Shown here one piece after another: positions 8,324 through 16,887 of a stretch of DNA of 26,230 nt. Source of the stretch: a virus; the IMG/VR virus record IMGVR_UViG_3300035542_000215. One strand, given 5' to 3'. The number at the start of each line of letters is the position of its first letter. Position 1 is the stretch's first letter. The position numbers and the translations under genes are program-made. The notes under the pieces are model-generated. The model ran no database searches, had not been told where the DNA came from, and saw only the letters and a list, made by a program, of their open reading frames with translations.

Positions 8324-10889
8324 ATGTTTTTTCTATTTTCTTTTTGTAGTGTTCATACCTAATTATGTAAGGACAATCATTTTTACTGCAATCTAAAATG
8401 TAATATTTATTGAAGAAATTCTCCTGTTTTATATGGAAGAAAATATGTTGGTTTAAAAATATTTCAAGATCTTGCACCTTAACATATGCTTCTGGAAATC
8501 TTCTTTCTATCATCTCTTTTACTGAAACGTATGGTTCAAATTTTAATTTTTCATTTAAATACTCATCAATTTTACGAATTAAAGATTTCTTAATTTTTAG
8601 ATCTTCCTTCAAGCAATAACCGCTCTTATTAACTTTAACTAAAATCTTTTTATATATTGAAAAAAATGAGTTAGTTGTTTCTATAGGTAGCATGTATTTA
8701 TCAGTGAAAATTTTCTTGGCATATTTTTCAGATAATATAATTTCTTTTTTAAAAAGATTCTTAAATAACTTGTAAAAATTAACATGTTCATTATCTGTTC
8801 TTTTTTTTGAGATATGAACTCCCCTAGCAAATTCATACTCCTCTTTAAAGAAGTGGTTTACTATGTTATATAAAGACCTATCATCTTCTATTCCTATTTT
8901 TTTCAACTTATCTTTACCGTTGTTAAATAAAATGTATCTATTAGTATATTGGTTGATCAGGCTGTCTTCTATTAACTTTTTAATGAATTTTATATCTTCA
9001 GCTCCCAAATCTATCATGTCTACATATGTTAATATTTGGTTATTATCCCAAAAGATAACCTTGTTACTTTCACTTACAACAGAGTGAAACTTTTTAATAC
9101 TCCAATTTAAAATATATTGACCATATTCCAAGGTTATAATCTTTCCCTCATCTTTAACAAAGGCATCCAATATTTCAACATCGGTTCTTACCGGTTGATC
9201 ATTATAGACGATTTTCTTATTTTTAAATGAAAATTTGTTTTTTAAATATACTTTTAGATAATTAAAAAGTAAGTCTTCACTATCTACGTTTGATTCTTCT
9301 AATTCAAGATCTTTTTCTATGTAGTTATAAACATCCTTTGCTGTAATATATCCAAAAGTATAATCACGGTTGTTTTTTTCCAATAATTCATTAATAAAAT
9401 TTTCTATTTTTTCTTTAGTTTTCTTATTTATATAAATATTGTTTTTATGAATTAAAGAATTATCTTTCCATGAAACAATATTTTCTACATCCTTAAGAAT
9501 AGTTTTCCATGTAGTATCGATTTTTTCATCCACAACGTTTTCGACAATTATTGAATACAAATACTTCAGTCTTTCAAGGTCGTTTCTTTGATTTTTTATA
9601 CCAAACATAAAACATTTTTCAACAAGAAAAGAATACATTTGATGTTTTAATACCTTATCTTTATAAAATACATTCATCCCTTCTTTATATCCATTTTTCA
9701 AAAGAAATTCCCTTAAACACTCCTTGTCAAAATTTGTAAAAGAAATTTTTTCATATAAATAACTTAAATAATCTTCTTCAATCTCTATGTCAAATATATC
9801 ATCCAAATTTCTCAATAAATCTTCAAACTCTTTTTCGTATTTATTTGGATTCGGTCCGTAAGCGAATACCTTGTAATTTTCTAACCAGTGAAAATTTTTA
9901 ATACTAAAATTTTTCAAAACATCTTGAAATATCTTTATCAAGTTTTTATCCTTCAGTACGTTAAAAAAAATATCTTCTTTTACAAATAAAGGTTTTTCTA
10001 GATTTTTAGTTTCCAAATAATCTTCATGTAATTTTAGGAAGTTATAAAGCTTTAACATAACTTCTTCTTTTTTTCTTCTTATTGATTCACGGCTTTTAAA
10101 TTTTTCGTTAGCTATATCAATAAGTGGTTTTTCATTCACAAGATTATCATAGTATATTTTGAAACCATCACTTTCAATCAACTTCTTCATTCTTTTTTTT
10201 ATATAAAAATGTAGAGGTGCTGACATGTAGTTTATTACTTGAAAAAAATCATCAGGATTTCTAATTTGTTCAAAAAAATTAATATAATCAAACCTTACAT
10301 TAAGTTTTTTTTCCAAATCTTTTCCCGTCGCTATATTGTAACTTCTTAAAACTTTTGAAATGTTTTTATTAAATATATGCTCTACTTTGATGTCATAAAA
10401 ATCTTCGTTTATCTTGTTTTCTAAAAAGCTATATTTTCTATGTTCTAATAACTTGTCATTGTTGAACAAGCTAAAATACTTTTCTATGAAAATTTCCTTC
10501 TTTTTCTTTCCTACTCATGGAATCTCATCTAAATTATTTAAGTCTATTTTCGAAATTTCATATAGAGAGTAGCAATTTAAATTTTTATTTAAATGCTCTA
10601 TAATTTTAAGGTATTTATTTTCATTAAAAACTATCCTTAAAGGTAAGTATTCATGACTATGCTTTATATTCTCCATACTTGAATATAAGTAAGCCTCTAC
10701 GTCTTTGCTTAATTCTTTATACAATCTTTTTTTTATATTTTTAACAAAAGGTTTAAGTTTTTTATCCTTTTCATAAGTAGAAAACTTTATGTTAATAATA
10801 TCTTTTAATTTTTTATAATTTCTTGCTTTACAGTATTCTATAAAAGGTTTAAAGTATGGTTCACAAAAAACACTTTTTATTTCATTCAT
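8322..10889 (-). pseudogene. About 855-codon protein with RNAP alphaCTD-like/HhH repeats and a sigma region-4-like HTH, interrupted by one in-frame TGA (10515-10517)
   Basis: ORFs 10515-10889 and 8322-10469 share a frame and read LDEIP*VGKKKKEIFIEKYFSLFNNDK across the junction. PLIDIANEKFKSRESIRRKKEEVMLKL resembles a sigma4 HTH. RBS AGGGGG lies before 10889. Confidence 0.65.
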
Positions 10890-11067
10890 AAATACAACCC
10901 CCTATTGTTACATATTATATTTCACCCAACTTTTTTTATGATATCATGCATATTATAAATTAACAATACAAAAGTGATTTACATTTCACCACTGATTAAT
11001 GAATAAACTCTCAATTGCTTTTATTTATAGCATCTTAAATATTTCTAACAATTTATTAATATTTTAA

Positions 11068-11098
11068 GGAATATAAGATTTTACACTTGCATATAATA
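11068..11098 (+). promoter_or_regulatory. Recurrent promoter motif copy 7
   Basis: GGAATAT-N13-TGCATATAATA. Confidence 0.85.
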
Positions 11099-11156
11099 AA
11101 CCATAATAAAAAAGGAGCGTATTTATTTACGCAAATAAAAAAAATAGGAGGATATT

Positions 11157-11624
11157 ATGCACGGTAATATTTATCAAGTTTCAGAGGATAAAAACTTAGA
11201 TGGTTTGTCGGCATGGAAAATTGAGGAACAAATGCCTTTTGCAGACTATGTATGTGAAACAGGAGAAAAAGAGAAACTACTAAGACATAAAAGAGAAGTA
11301 GTTTCACTAAAAGAAAGAGTGGGAAAATACGGGGTAAAAGTTGATGAGAAGGAAAGTACTATAGTTTTTAAAAAGGGATTTAAGGAAAGATATTTTAAAA
11401 ACAAGTTTAAATCTTTTAAAAAACTTACAAATGATTTAACTTTAGAAGCTTTTAGCGGCGAAACATCGTCAAATGGTAGCATTCACTTAATAGAAACAGC
11501 TCTAGAGGATAAATTTAGTGCTTACATATATGATGAGTATCCTAAAACCCTTGATGATTTTGTGAGAGAGCTAAAAGAAGAAAAGACGTATTATTTAGGA
11601 GAAATTTTTGGTTATAAATGGTAA
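11157..11624 (+). CDS. Hypothetical protein
   Basis: 155-aa ORF with RBS AGGAGG; first gene of a 4-gene run. Confidence 0.8.
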   Translation: MHGNIYQVSEDKNLDGLSAWKIEEQMPFADYVCETGEKEKLLRHKREVVSLKERVGKYGVKVDEKESTIVFKKGFKERYFKNKFKSFKKLTNDLTLEAFSGETSSNGSIHLIETALEDKFSAYIYDEYPKTLDDFVRELKEEKTYYLGEIFGYKW

Positions 11625-11639
11625 ACAAAGGAGATAATT

Positions 11640-12284
11640 ATGGGACAATATTATGAAAGTCTAATAATTGACGAAAAAACAATAGAAGATCAACCAGGAA
11701 AAGCAATTATAAAAAAAGAAATATTTTTAAAATACGAACTTGAATCAAGGAAATTAACGGAACATTCTTGGGTGAATAATTCAGAAGTTAACAACGTACT
11801 TCTTTATATTTTAAATAATCCCTGTAAAATAGCATGGGTAGGTGATTATGCAGATGAAACATATGATGCATATGAAAAAGCAAAAAAAAGCAAGCCATTA
11901 TCTGAAGATGAATATTTTGATATTTACAATGCTGTTTATAGTGATAATGCAGGAGCAAAAAAATTAAATAATCCTTGCAATGAAAAATATAACAAGGAGA
12001 AGCTTCAAAAGTTACTCCTTGGTAAAAAGAAAAAATACTTGATCAACCATACCATAAATGAATATTTTGAGATTGGTAAATATATAGAAAAAAATGATAG
12101 AAATGGTTGGTGCTTACATCCACTACCTATATTAACTGCTTGTGGAAATGGACAAGGCGGAGGAGACTATATATCACCAGTAGGACAAGAAGATGTTGGA
12201 AAATGGGCTTACGATTTAATTGAGTTTTCTTATGACTTACCAGGGGATAACTATCAAGAAGTGGTGTATTTCTTTGTAGATTAA
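11640..12284 (+). CDS. Hypothetical protein of a phage/MGE-type family (MGQYY...EHSW...WVGDYAD...HPLPILTA.GNG.GGGDY...VG.WA.D)
   Basis: RBS AAGGAG; motif-rich, enzyme-like sequence; function not recognised. Confidence 0.75.
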   Translation: MGQYYESLIIDEKTIEDQPGKAIIKKEIFLKYELESRKLTEHSWVNNSEVNNVLLYILNNPCKIAWVGDYADETYDAYEKAKKSKPLSEDEYFDIYNAVYSDNAGAKKLNNPCNEKYNKEKLQKLLLGKKKKYLINHTINEYFEIGKYIEKNDRNGWCLHPLPILTACGNGQGGGDYISPVGQEDVGKWAYDLIEFSYDLPGDNYQEVVYFFVD

Positions 12285-12347
12285 TACAAAAAATAAATGT
12301 ATAGGGAGGATTTTTTCCTTTCTATACATTAAGTAAAGGAGATAAGA

Positions 12348-12671
12348 ATGAAAATATTTTTAGAAACAAAAGAAGATAGAGAAAATTTTGAAAAATTTTG
12401 TGAAAAATATGATGGATTAGAAGAAGATCTAAAGCTAAACTCTATTATATCTAATGAAGAAGAAAGCTTTGCTGTTGTGTCTTGGGCTTTGGAAGATTTT
12501 GACGATAAATTTCCGGAACATGCTAGTAAAGAAGCTAAAATCAAAGGAATAAGAAAAATTGAAAAGATTCTAAGAGAAGGTATGATACAAGATGGGTGGA
12601 ACACCATTGAAGAGGTAAGGTGTTTAGGTCTGCATGATTTCATAGAAGAAAATGATTGTAACCTACAATAA
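12348..12671 (+). CDS. Acidic hypothetical protein
   Basis: 107-aa ORF with RBS AAGGAG. Confidence 0.75.
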   Translation: MKIFLETKEDRENFEKFCEKYDGLEEDLKLNSIISNEEESFAVVSWALEDFDDKFPEHASKEAKIKGIRKIEKILREGMIQDGWNTIEEVRCLGLHDFIEENDCNLQ

Positions 12672-12683
12672 AAAGGAGGAAAC

Positions 12684-13196
12684 ATGGTTATATTAATAGG
12701 ACCAAGTGGTTGCGGAAAAACAACTATAGAAAGAAAACTTGAGGAAAAAGGTCTTTTTAGAATTATATCTTATACAACCAGAAAAAAAAGGGCTGGAGAA
12801 GTTAATGGTGTTACTTATCACTATATTAGCAAGGAAAAATTTGAAAGACTAGAAAAAGAAGGTTTTTTCCTAGAGAAAACTTTTTACAATGAAAATTACT
12901 ACGGAGCAGCAAAAGAAGATTTCAAAGAAAATGCTGTAGGCGTTTTTGAAGTAGAAGGATTGGAAATGATAAAGGATAAAGATATTAAGTTTACATCTTT
13001 TTATATAAATGTCCCTAGACATAAAAGAGAGGATAGGATGAAAAAAAGAGGAGATAACTTAGATGATGTTAAGAAGAGATTAAAATCTGATGATGAAATT
13101 TTTAAAGTAGAAAAAATAAACCCAGATTTCATTATAGATAATGATAATTTAGAAAATACAGTAAACTTTATTTATGAAATCCAGAAAACCCTTTAA
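12684..13196 (+). CDS. gmk: Guanylate kinase
   Basis: GPSGCGKTT P-loop, ISYTTRKKRAGEVNGVTYHYIS, FLE...Y..NYYG, R..RMKKRGD. Confidence 0.9.
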   Translation: MVILIGPSGCGKTTIERKLEEKGLFRIISYTTRKKRAGEVNGVTYHYISKEKFERLEKEGFFLEKTFYNENYYGAAKEDFKENAVGVFEVEGLEMIKDKDIKFTSFYINVPRHKREDRMKKRGDNLDDVKKRLKSDDEIFKVEKINPDFIIDNDNLENTVNFIYEIQKTL

Positions 13197-13209
13197 ACAA
13201 GGGTTTTTT
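13185..13209 (+). terminator. Intrinsic terminator
   Basis: AAAACCCTT-taaac-AAGGGTTTTTT. Confidence 0.7.
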
Positions 13210-13214
13210 ATTTT

Positions 13215-13245
13215 GGAATATTTTAATAGACAACTGCATATAATA
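13215..13245 (+). promoter_or_regulatory. Recurrent promoter motif copy 8
   Basis: GGAATAT-N13-TGCATATAATA. Confidence 0.85.
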
Positions 13246-13272
13246 AATAGAGATAAAAGAGGAGGTTTTTTC

Positions 13273-14028
13273 ATGAAGAAAAAAATAATAAAGATTGCAG
13301 CTACATTAACTATTTCAGCCCTTATTTTTATAGCAGGAGCTTCGGTTCAAGTTGCTACAGGTAAAATAGTGAACATAAACAATTTATCTAAAATTGAAAC
13401 ACTAGAACAGGATTTCACAGATAATAGCTTACCTAATTTGTTAAATGAAATATATTTAGAAGCCCAGTATTTTAACGAAATTGCCCCATCTTTAAGTTAT
13501 GAAATAAAAAAATATTATATTGAGGATGATAAGGACTTTGAAAATTATTCTAATACATTTCACGGTTTTAAAGAAGATCTTGATAAGAATCATTTGAAAA
13601 TAGTAGATGATAAGCTAAGAGGAATAATAGTAACAGCTGATTTGCAGTACTTTCTAAATAATTACAAGGAAGATTTGAGTTATGATAGCAAAGATTACTT
13701 ATCTTTCAGGTTATATGAAGAAAAAAACCATCTTTACAATAAAAACTTCGACACTATTGACATGGACGAAGTAGTTAAAAGGATAAATTTGATTAACGAA
13801 AGATTACGCACAGACACAATGTATTTCAATGAATACAAAATATTAAAAAAATATTACATCGACGTTTTTACAGGGGAAAGTCATGATTATTATTTTGATT
13901 TTTCGAAAAATCAGCTTAGACCGTATGCTGTTAAAATGTATGAAAAATATTCGGCAAGAAAAGATGAAATCGGTGAGATATCCAAGGAAATATTAGAAAA
14001 TGGACCATGGCAGCTATCTATTAATTAA
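13273..14028 (+). CDS. Exported or membrane-anchored hypothetical protein
   Basis: Start moved to ATG 13273 (RBS GGAGG, downstream of terminator and motif); N-terminus MKKKIIKIAATLTISALIFIAGA is signal-peptide-like. Confidence 0.75.
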   Translation: MKKKIIKIAATLTISALIFIAGASVQVATGKIVNINNLSKIETLEQDFTDNSLPNLLNEIYLEAQYFNEIAPSLSYEIKKYYIEDDKDFENYSNTFHGFKEDLDKNHLKIVDDKLRGIIVTADLQYFLNNYKEDLSYDSKDYLSFRLYEEKNHLYNKNFDTIDMDEVVKRINLINERLRTDTMYFNEYKILKKYYIDVFTGESHDYYFDFSKNQLRPYAVKMYEKYSARKDEIGEISKEILENGPWQLSIN

Positions 14029-14043
14029 AAGAGGTGTTTTTTT

Positions 14044-16533
14044 ATGGAAAATGGATACAGGTATGATGTAAAAATTGATAAAAAAAGTCATTTGGACGAA
14101 TACAAGCTTAACAGTATTCTATCTTTTGATGCGTACTTATATTCTAAGGTATATTTTAATGAAGAGAATGGATATGGAATATACACCGTTAAGGTTGAGG
14201 ATGATAAATATTTTAAAATATCAGGTTTTTTTATATCTGATTTAATTATTGGAAACAAATATAAGATTAAAGGAAAAGTTTCCACATACAAGGGAGAAAA
14301 ACAGTTGTATATAAAAGAGTACGAAAGAACCCTTCCTAAAAATGAAAAAGAAATTATGAAGTACCTTAGCGACTTTAAAAAAATAGAATACCATAAAGAA
14401 GACCTTTATGAAGCTTTTGGCATGGAAACTTTAGAAATCATAAAAGATTCTCCCGAAATAATTCCTTCTAAAATAGATAGCATTTCAATTAACCTAGCCT
14501 TAGATTGGCAAGAAAAATTAAATAACAAGGAACAGGTTGAATTTGCAGCAGAAATGCTTTTAGGTTTAGGGCTAAACAATTATGAAGCAAGATCAGTATT
14601 ATATAAGTTTGGAGAAAGAGTTGTTTTTCAAATAAAAGAAGATCCGTATTTTCTAGTAGGTAAAACAAAATATTTTGATTTTAAAAAAACAGATGCCATG
14701 GCTCTAGAAAGAGGAGAAAAATTAGACAGCAAGAATAGAATAAGAGAAGCCTTCAAGTATATATTAAGCAAAGCTGAAGAAAAAGGACATTGTTTTCTTG
14801 ACGATGGTTTGCTAATAAAAACAACTGCAAAACTTTTAGCCTATATAATTCCTACTAAAAAAGCAAGTAGCTTACTTAAAAAAGAAACTTTTGAATATAA
14901 AAATAAGAAAATGATAATTGAGATAGATAAAGATTTTCTTAAAAAAAGTCTAAAAAAATCTAAAGAAAAGAAATTATCTTATTGCTATATATACGTACCG
15001 TCAAAAGACAACTTAAAAGAAACTCTTTTTGAACTTGAAAAAGACAACCACTTTAAAATATTTGAAAAAAAAGTTTACCTGAAAGAAATTTATGATGCTG
15101 AATTTTATATAGCAAAAAAACTAAGAAAAATAAAAGAAGAAGAAAAGAATATCGATGTGGATTACAAAAGAATGATTGATAAATATCTGCAAAATAAAAA
15201 AATCAACCTTGAAGAAAAACAAAGAGAAGCACTTGAAAAAGCAATTTCAAAAAAAGGTGGAGTTTTAATAATAAATGGAGGTCCAGGATGTGGAAAAACA
15301 TTTATTACTAAAATTATTATTGATCTTTTAAAGCAAGTTTCCCAAATGGAAAACTTTCCATTCACCATAAGACTTTTAGCTCCAACTGGTAAAGCTGCAA
15401 AAGTATTAAGTGAAGCTACCAGTTACGAAGCTACTACTATTCATAGAGGTTTAAAATATCAAGACGATGGTTTTTTTATGGTTAATGAGGAAAATCCATT
15501 TAGAGAAAATTTAATAATTGTAGATGAGGCTTCAATGCTTGATGTTAAAATAGCAGCATCTTTATTTAAAGCAGTATTAAACCATTCAAAACTAATAATA
15601 ATTGGAGATTCCAACCAATTACCTCCAATAGGACCAGGGTTGGTGTTAAAAGATATTGTTAGAAGCGACATTATTGATACTGTAACACTGAATGCTCCTA
15701 AAAGACAGCTTGAAAACTCAGGGATCGTATACAATACAAGAAAAATAATCGAAAAAGAAATGATCCATTCGCAAAGAGAAAAAGAAGATTTTTTTGTTCT
15801 TAAAAAAGATACGGAGTTAGAATGCTTAACAAGTGTATTAACAGCAGTTAGCGAAATATCTATTAAGAAGAAAATAAGTTTTGATAAAATACAAATACTT
15901 TCTCCACAGAAAAATGGACTTCTTGGAGTAGACTCTTTAAACTATCATATTCAAAAAATATTGAATGGTAAAAATAAAGGAGAAAAAATTTACAATAAAA
16001 GAGTTAAGGCTCTAAAAGATGGGAAGATAATTGATAAAAGCTTGTTTTTTAAAAAAGGGGACAAGGTTATCCATACTAAAAATAACTACAACAAAGAATG
16101 GTATTTTAAACACAAGCATTTAAAATATCAAATCGACTATTCTATAAAAGGAATAGCAAATGGTGAAACAGGCGTTATAGATGACATAGAAATCATAAAT
16201 GAGTACGGGGTTGAGAGGAAGAGAGTTGTTGTTAAGTATGATGATGGATACGTTTTTTATGAGGATAATTTTAAAGAGCTAGAACATGCTTACGCTTTAA
16301 CTATACATAAAAGCCAGGGAAGTCAATGGGAGGGAGTTATTATCCCCATAATATCAAGTACAATTTTTAACAAAAAGTTGTATACAAACAATTTGCTTTA
16401 TACTGCATGTTCAAGAGCAAAAGATATTGTCGTAGTTACTGGAGATCCAGAAGATATAAAAAGAACTATTTTAAACAATACTCAAATAAGTAGAAACACA
16501 ACATTAAAAGAATTTCTAACTTCCTTAACATAG
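14044..16533 (+). CDS. recD2: RecD2-like SF1B ATP-dependent DNA helicase
   Basis: N-terminal OB-like region, IKEDPY, GGPGCGKT, LAPTGKAAK.L, TIHR, IVDEASM, IGDSNQLPPIGPG, GDKVI..KNNY, AYALTIHKSQGSQW, LLYTACSRAK. Confidence 0.92.
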   Translation: MENGYRYDVKIDKKSHLDEYKLNSILSFDAYLYSKVYFNEENGYGIYTVKVEDDKYFKISGFFISDLIIGNKYKIKGKVSTYKGEKQLYIKEYERTLPKNEKEIMKYLSDFKKIEYHKEDLYEAFGMETLEIIKDSPEIIPSKIDSISINLALDWQEKLNNKEQVEFAAEMLLGLGLNNYEARSVLYKFGERVVFQIKEDPYFLVGKTKYFDFKKTDAMALERGEKLDSKNRIREAFKYILSKAEEKGHCFLDDGLLIKTTAKLLAYIIPTKKASSLLKKETFEYKNKKMIIEIDKDFLKKSLKKSKEKKLSYCYIYVPSKDNLKETLFELEKDNHFKIFEKKVYLKEIYDAEFYIAKKLRKIKEEEKNIDVDYKRMIDKYLQNKKINLEEKQREALEKAISKKGGVLIINGGPGCGKTFITKIIIDLLKQVSQMENFPFTIRLLAPTGKAAKVLSEATSYEATTIHRGLKYQDDGFFMVNEENPFRENLIIVDEASMLDVKIAASLFKAVLNHSKLIIIGDSNQLPPIGPGLVLKDIVRSDIIDTVTLNAPKRQLENSGIVYNTRKIIEKEMIHSQREKEDFFVLKKDTELECLTSVLTAVSEISIKKKISFDKIQILSPQKNGLLGVDSLNYHIQKILNGKNKGEKIYNKRVKALKDGKIIDKSLFFKKGDKVIHTKNNYNKEWYFKHKHLKYQIDYSIKGIANGETGVIDDIEIINEYGVERKRVVVKYDDGYVFYEDNFKELEHAYALTIHKSQGSQWEGVIIPIISSTIFNKKLYTNNLLYTACSRAKDIVVVTGDPEDIKRTILNNTQISRNTTLKEFLTSLT

Positions 16534-16535
16534 GT

Positions 16536-16566
16536 GGAATATTATTTGTGCAAAGTGCATATAATA
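16536..16566 (+). promoter_or_regulatory. Recurrent promoter motif copy 9 (spoVG-virD4)
   Basis: GGAATAT-N13-TGCATATAATA, starting just after the recD2 stop. Confidence 0.85.
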
Positions 16567-16597
16567 CTCTAAGAAATAAAAAAAGAGAGGTAATATT

Positions 16598-16876
16598 ATG
16601 AGTGAAAAAAAAGTATCTAATATTAAAATTTTTAAAAGAAGAGATGAAAAAAAGTCTGAAGATGATTATTTTTTAGGAACTGTAAGTTTTTTACTATTTG
16701 ATTCATTTTTAGTGCATGGGGCAAGATTATTTGATAAAGAGGGAAATAGGTATGTTTTAATGCCTAGTAGAAAATTAAAGGACAAGTGGTTGGATATTTG
16801 CCATCCTACTACTCAAGAATTAAGAAAAGAAATAGAAAAAGAGATTTTTGAAATTTATGACAAAATAACTGATTAA
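16598..16876 (+). CDS. spoVG: SpoVG-family nucleic-acid-binding protein
   Basis: SF.L.DSFLVHG.RL....G..YV.MPSRK.....DICHP.TQELR..I. Confidence 0.88.
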   Translation: MSEKKVSNIKIFKRRDEKKSEDDYFLGTVSFLLFDSFLVHGARLFDKEGNRYVLMPSRKLKDKWLDICHPTTQELRKEIEKEIFEIYDKITD

Positions 16877-16887
16877 GGGATGATTTT

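Noticed and set aside
10515-10517. Genetic code 25 (TGA=Gly) or selenocysteine recoding
   Set aside because: Only one internal TGA among many Gly codons; TGA appears to be a normal stop at 6973-6975 and 19953-19955; the context calls for Gly rather than Cys; gene content looks Firmicute.
10947-10957. TGCATATTATA as a twelfth motif copy
   Set aside because: No GGAATA 20 bp upstream, and a complete copy lies at 11068.
13174-13272. N-terminal extension of the 284-aa ORF
   Set aside because: It spans the gmk end, a terminator and a promoter motif; ATG 13273 has an RBS and gives a signal peptide.
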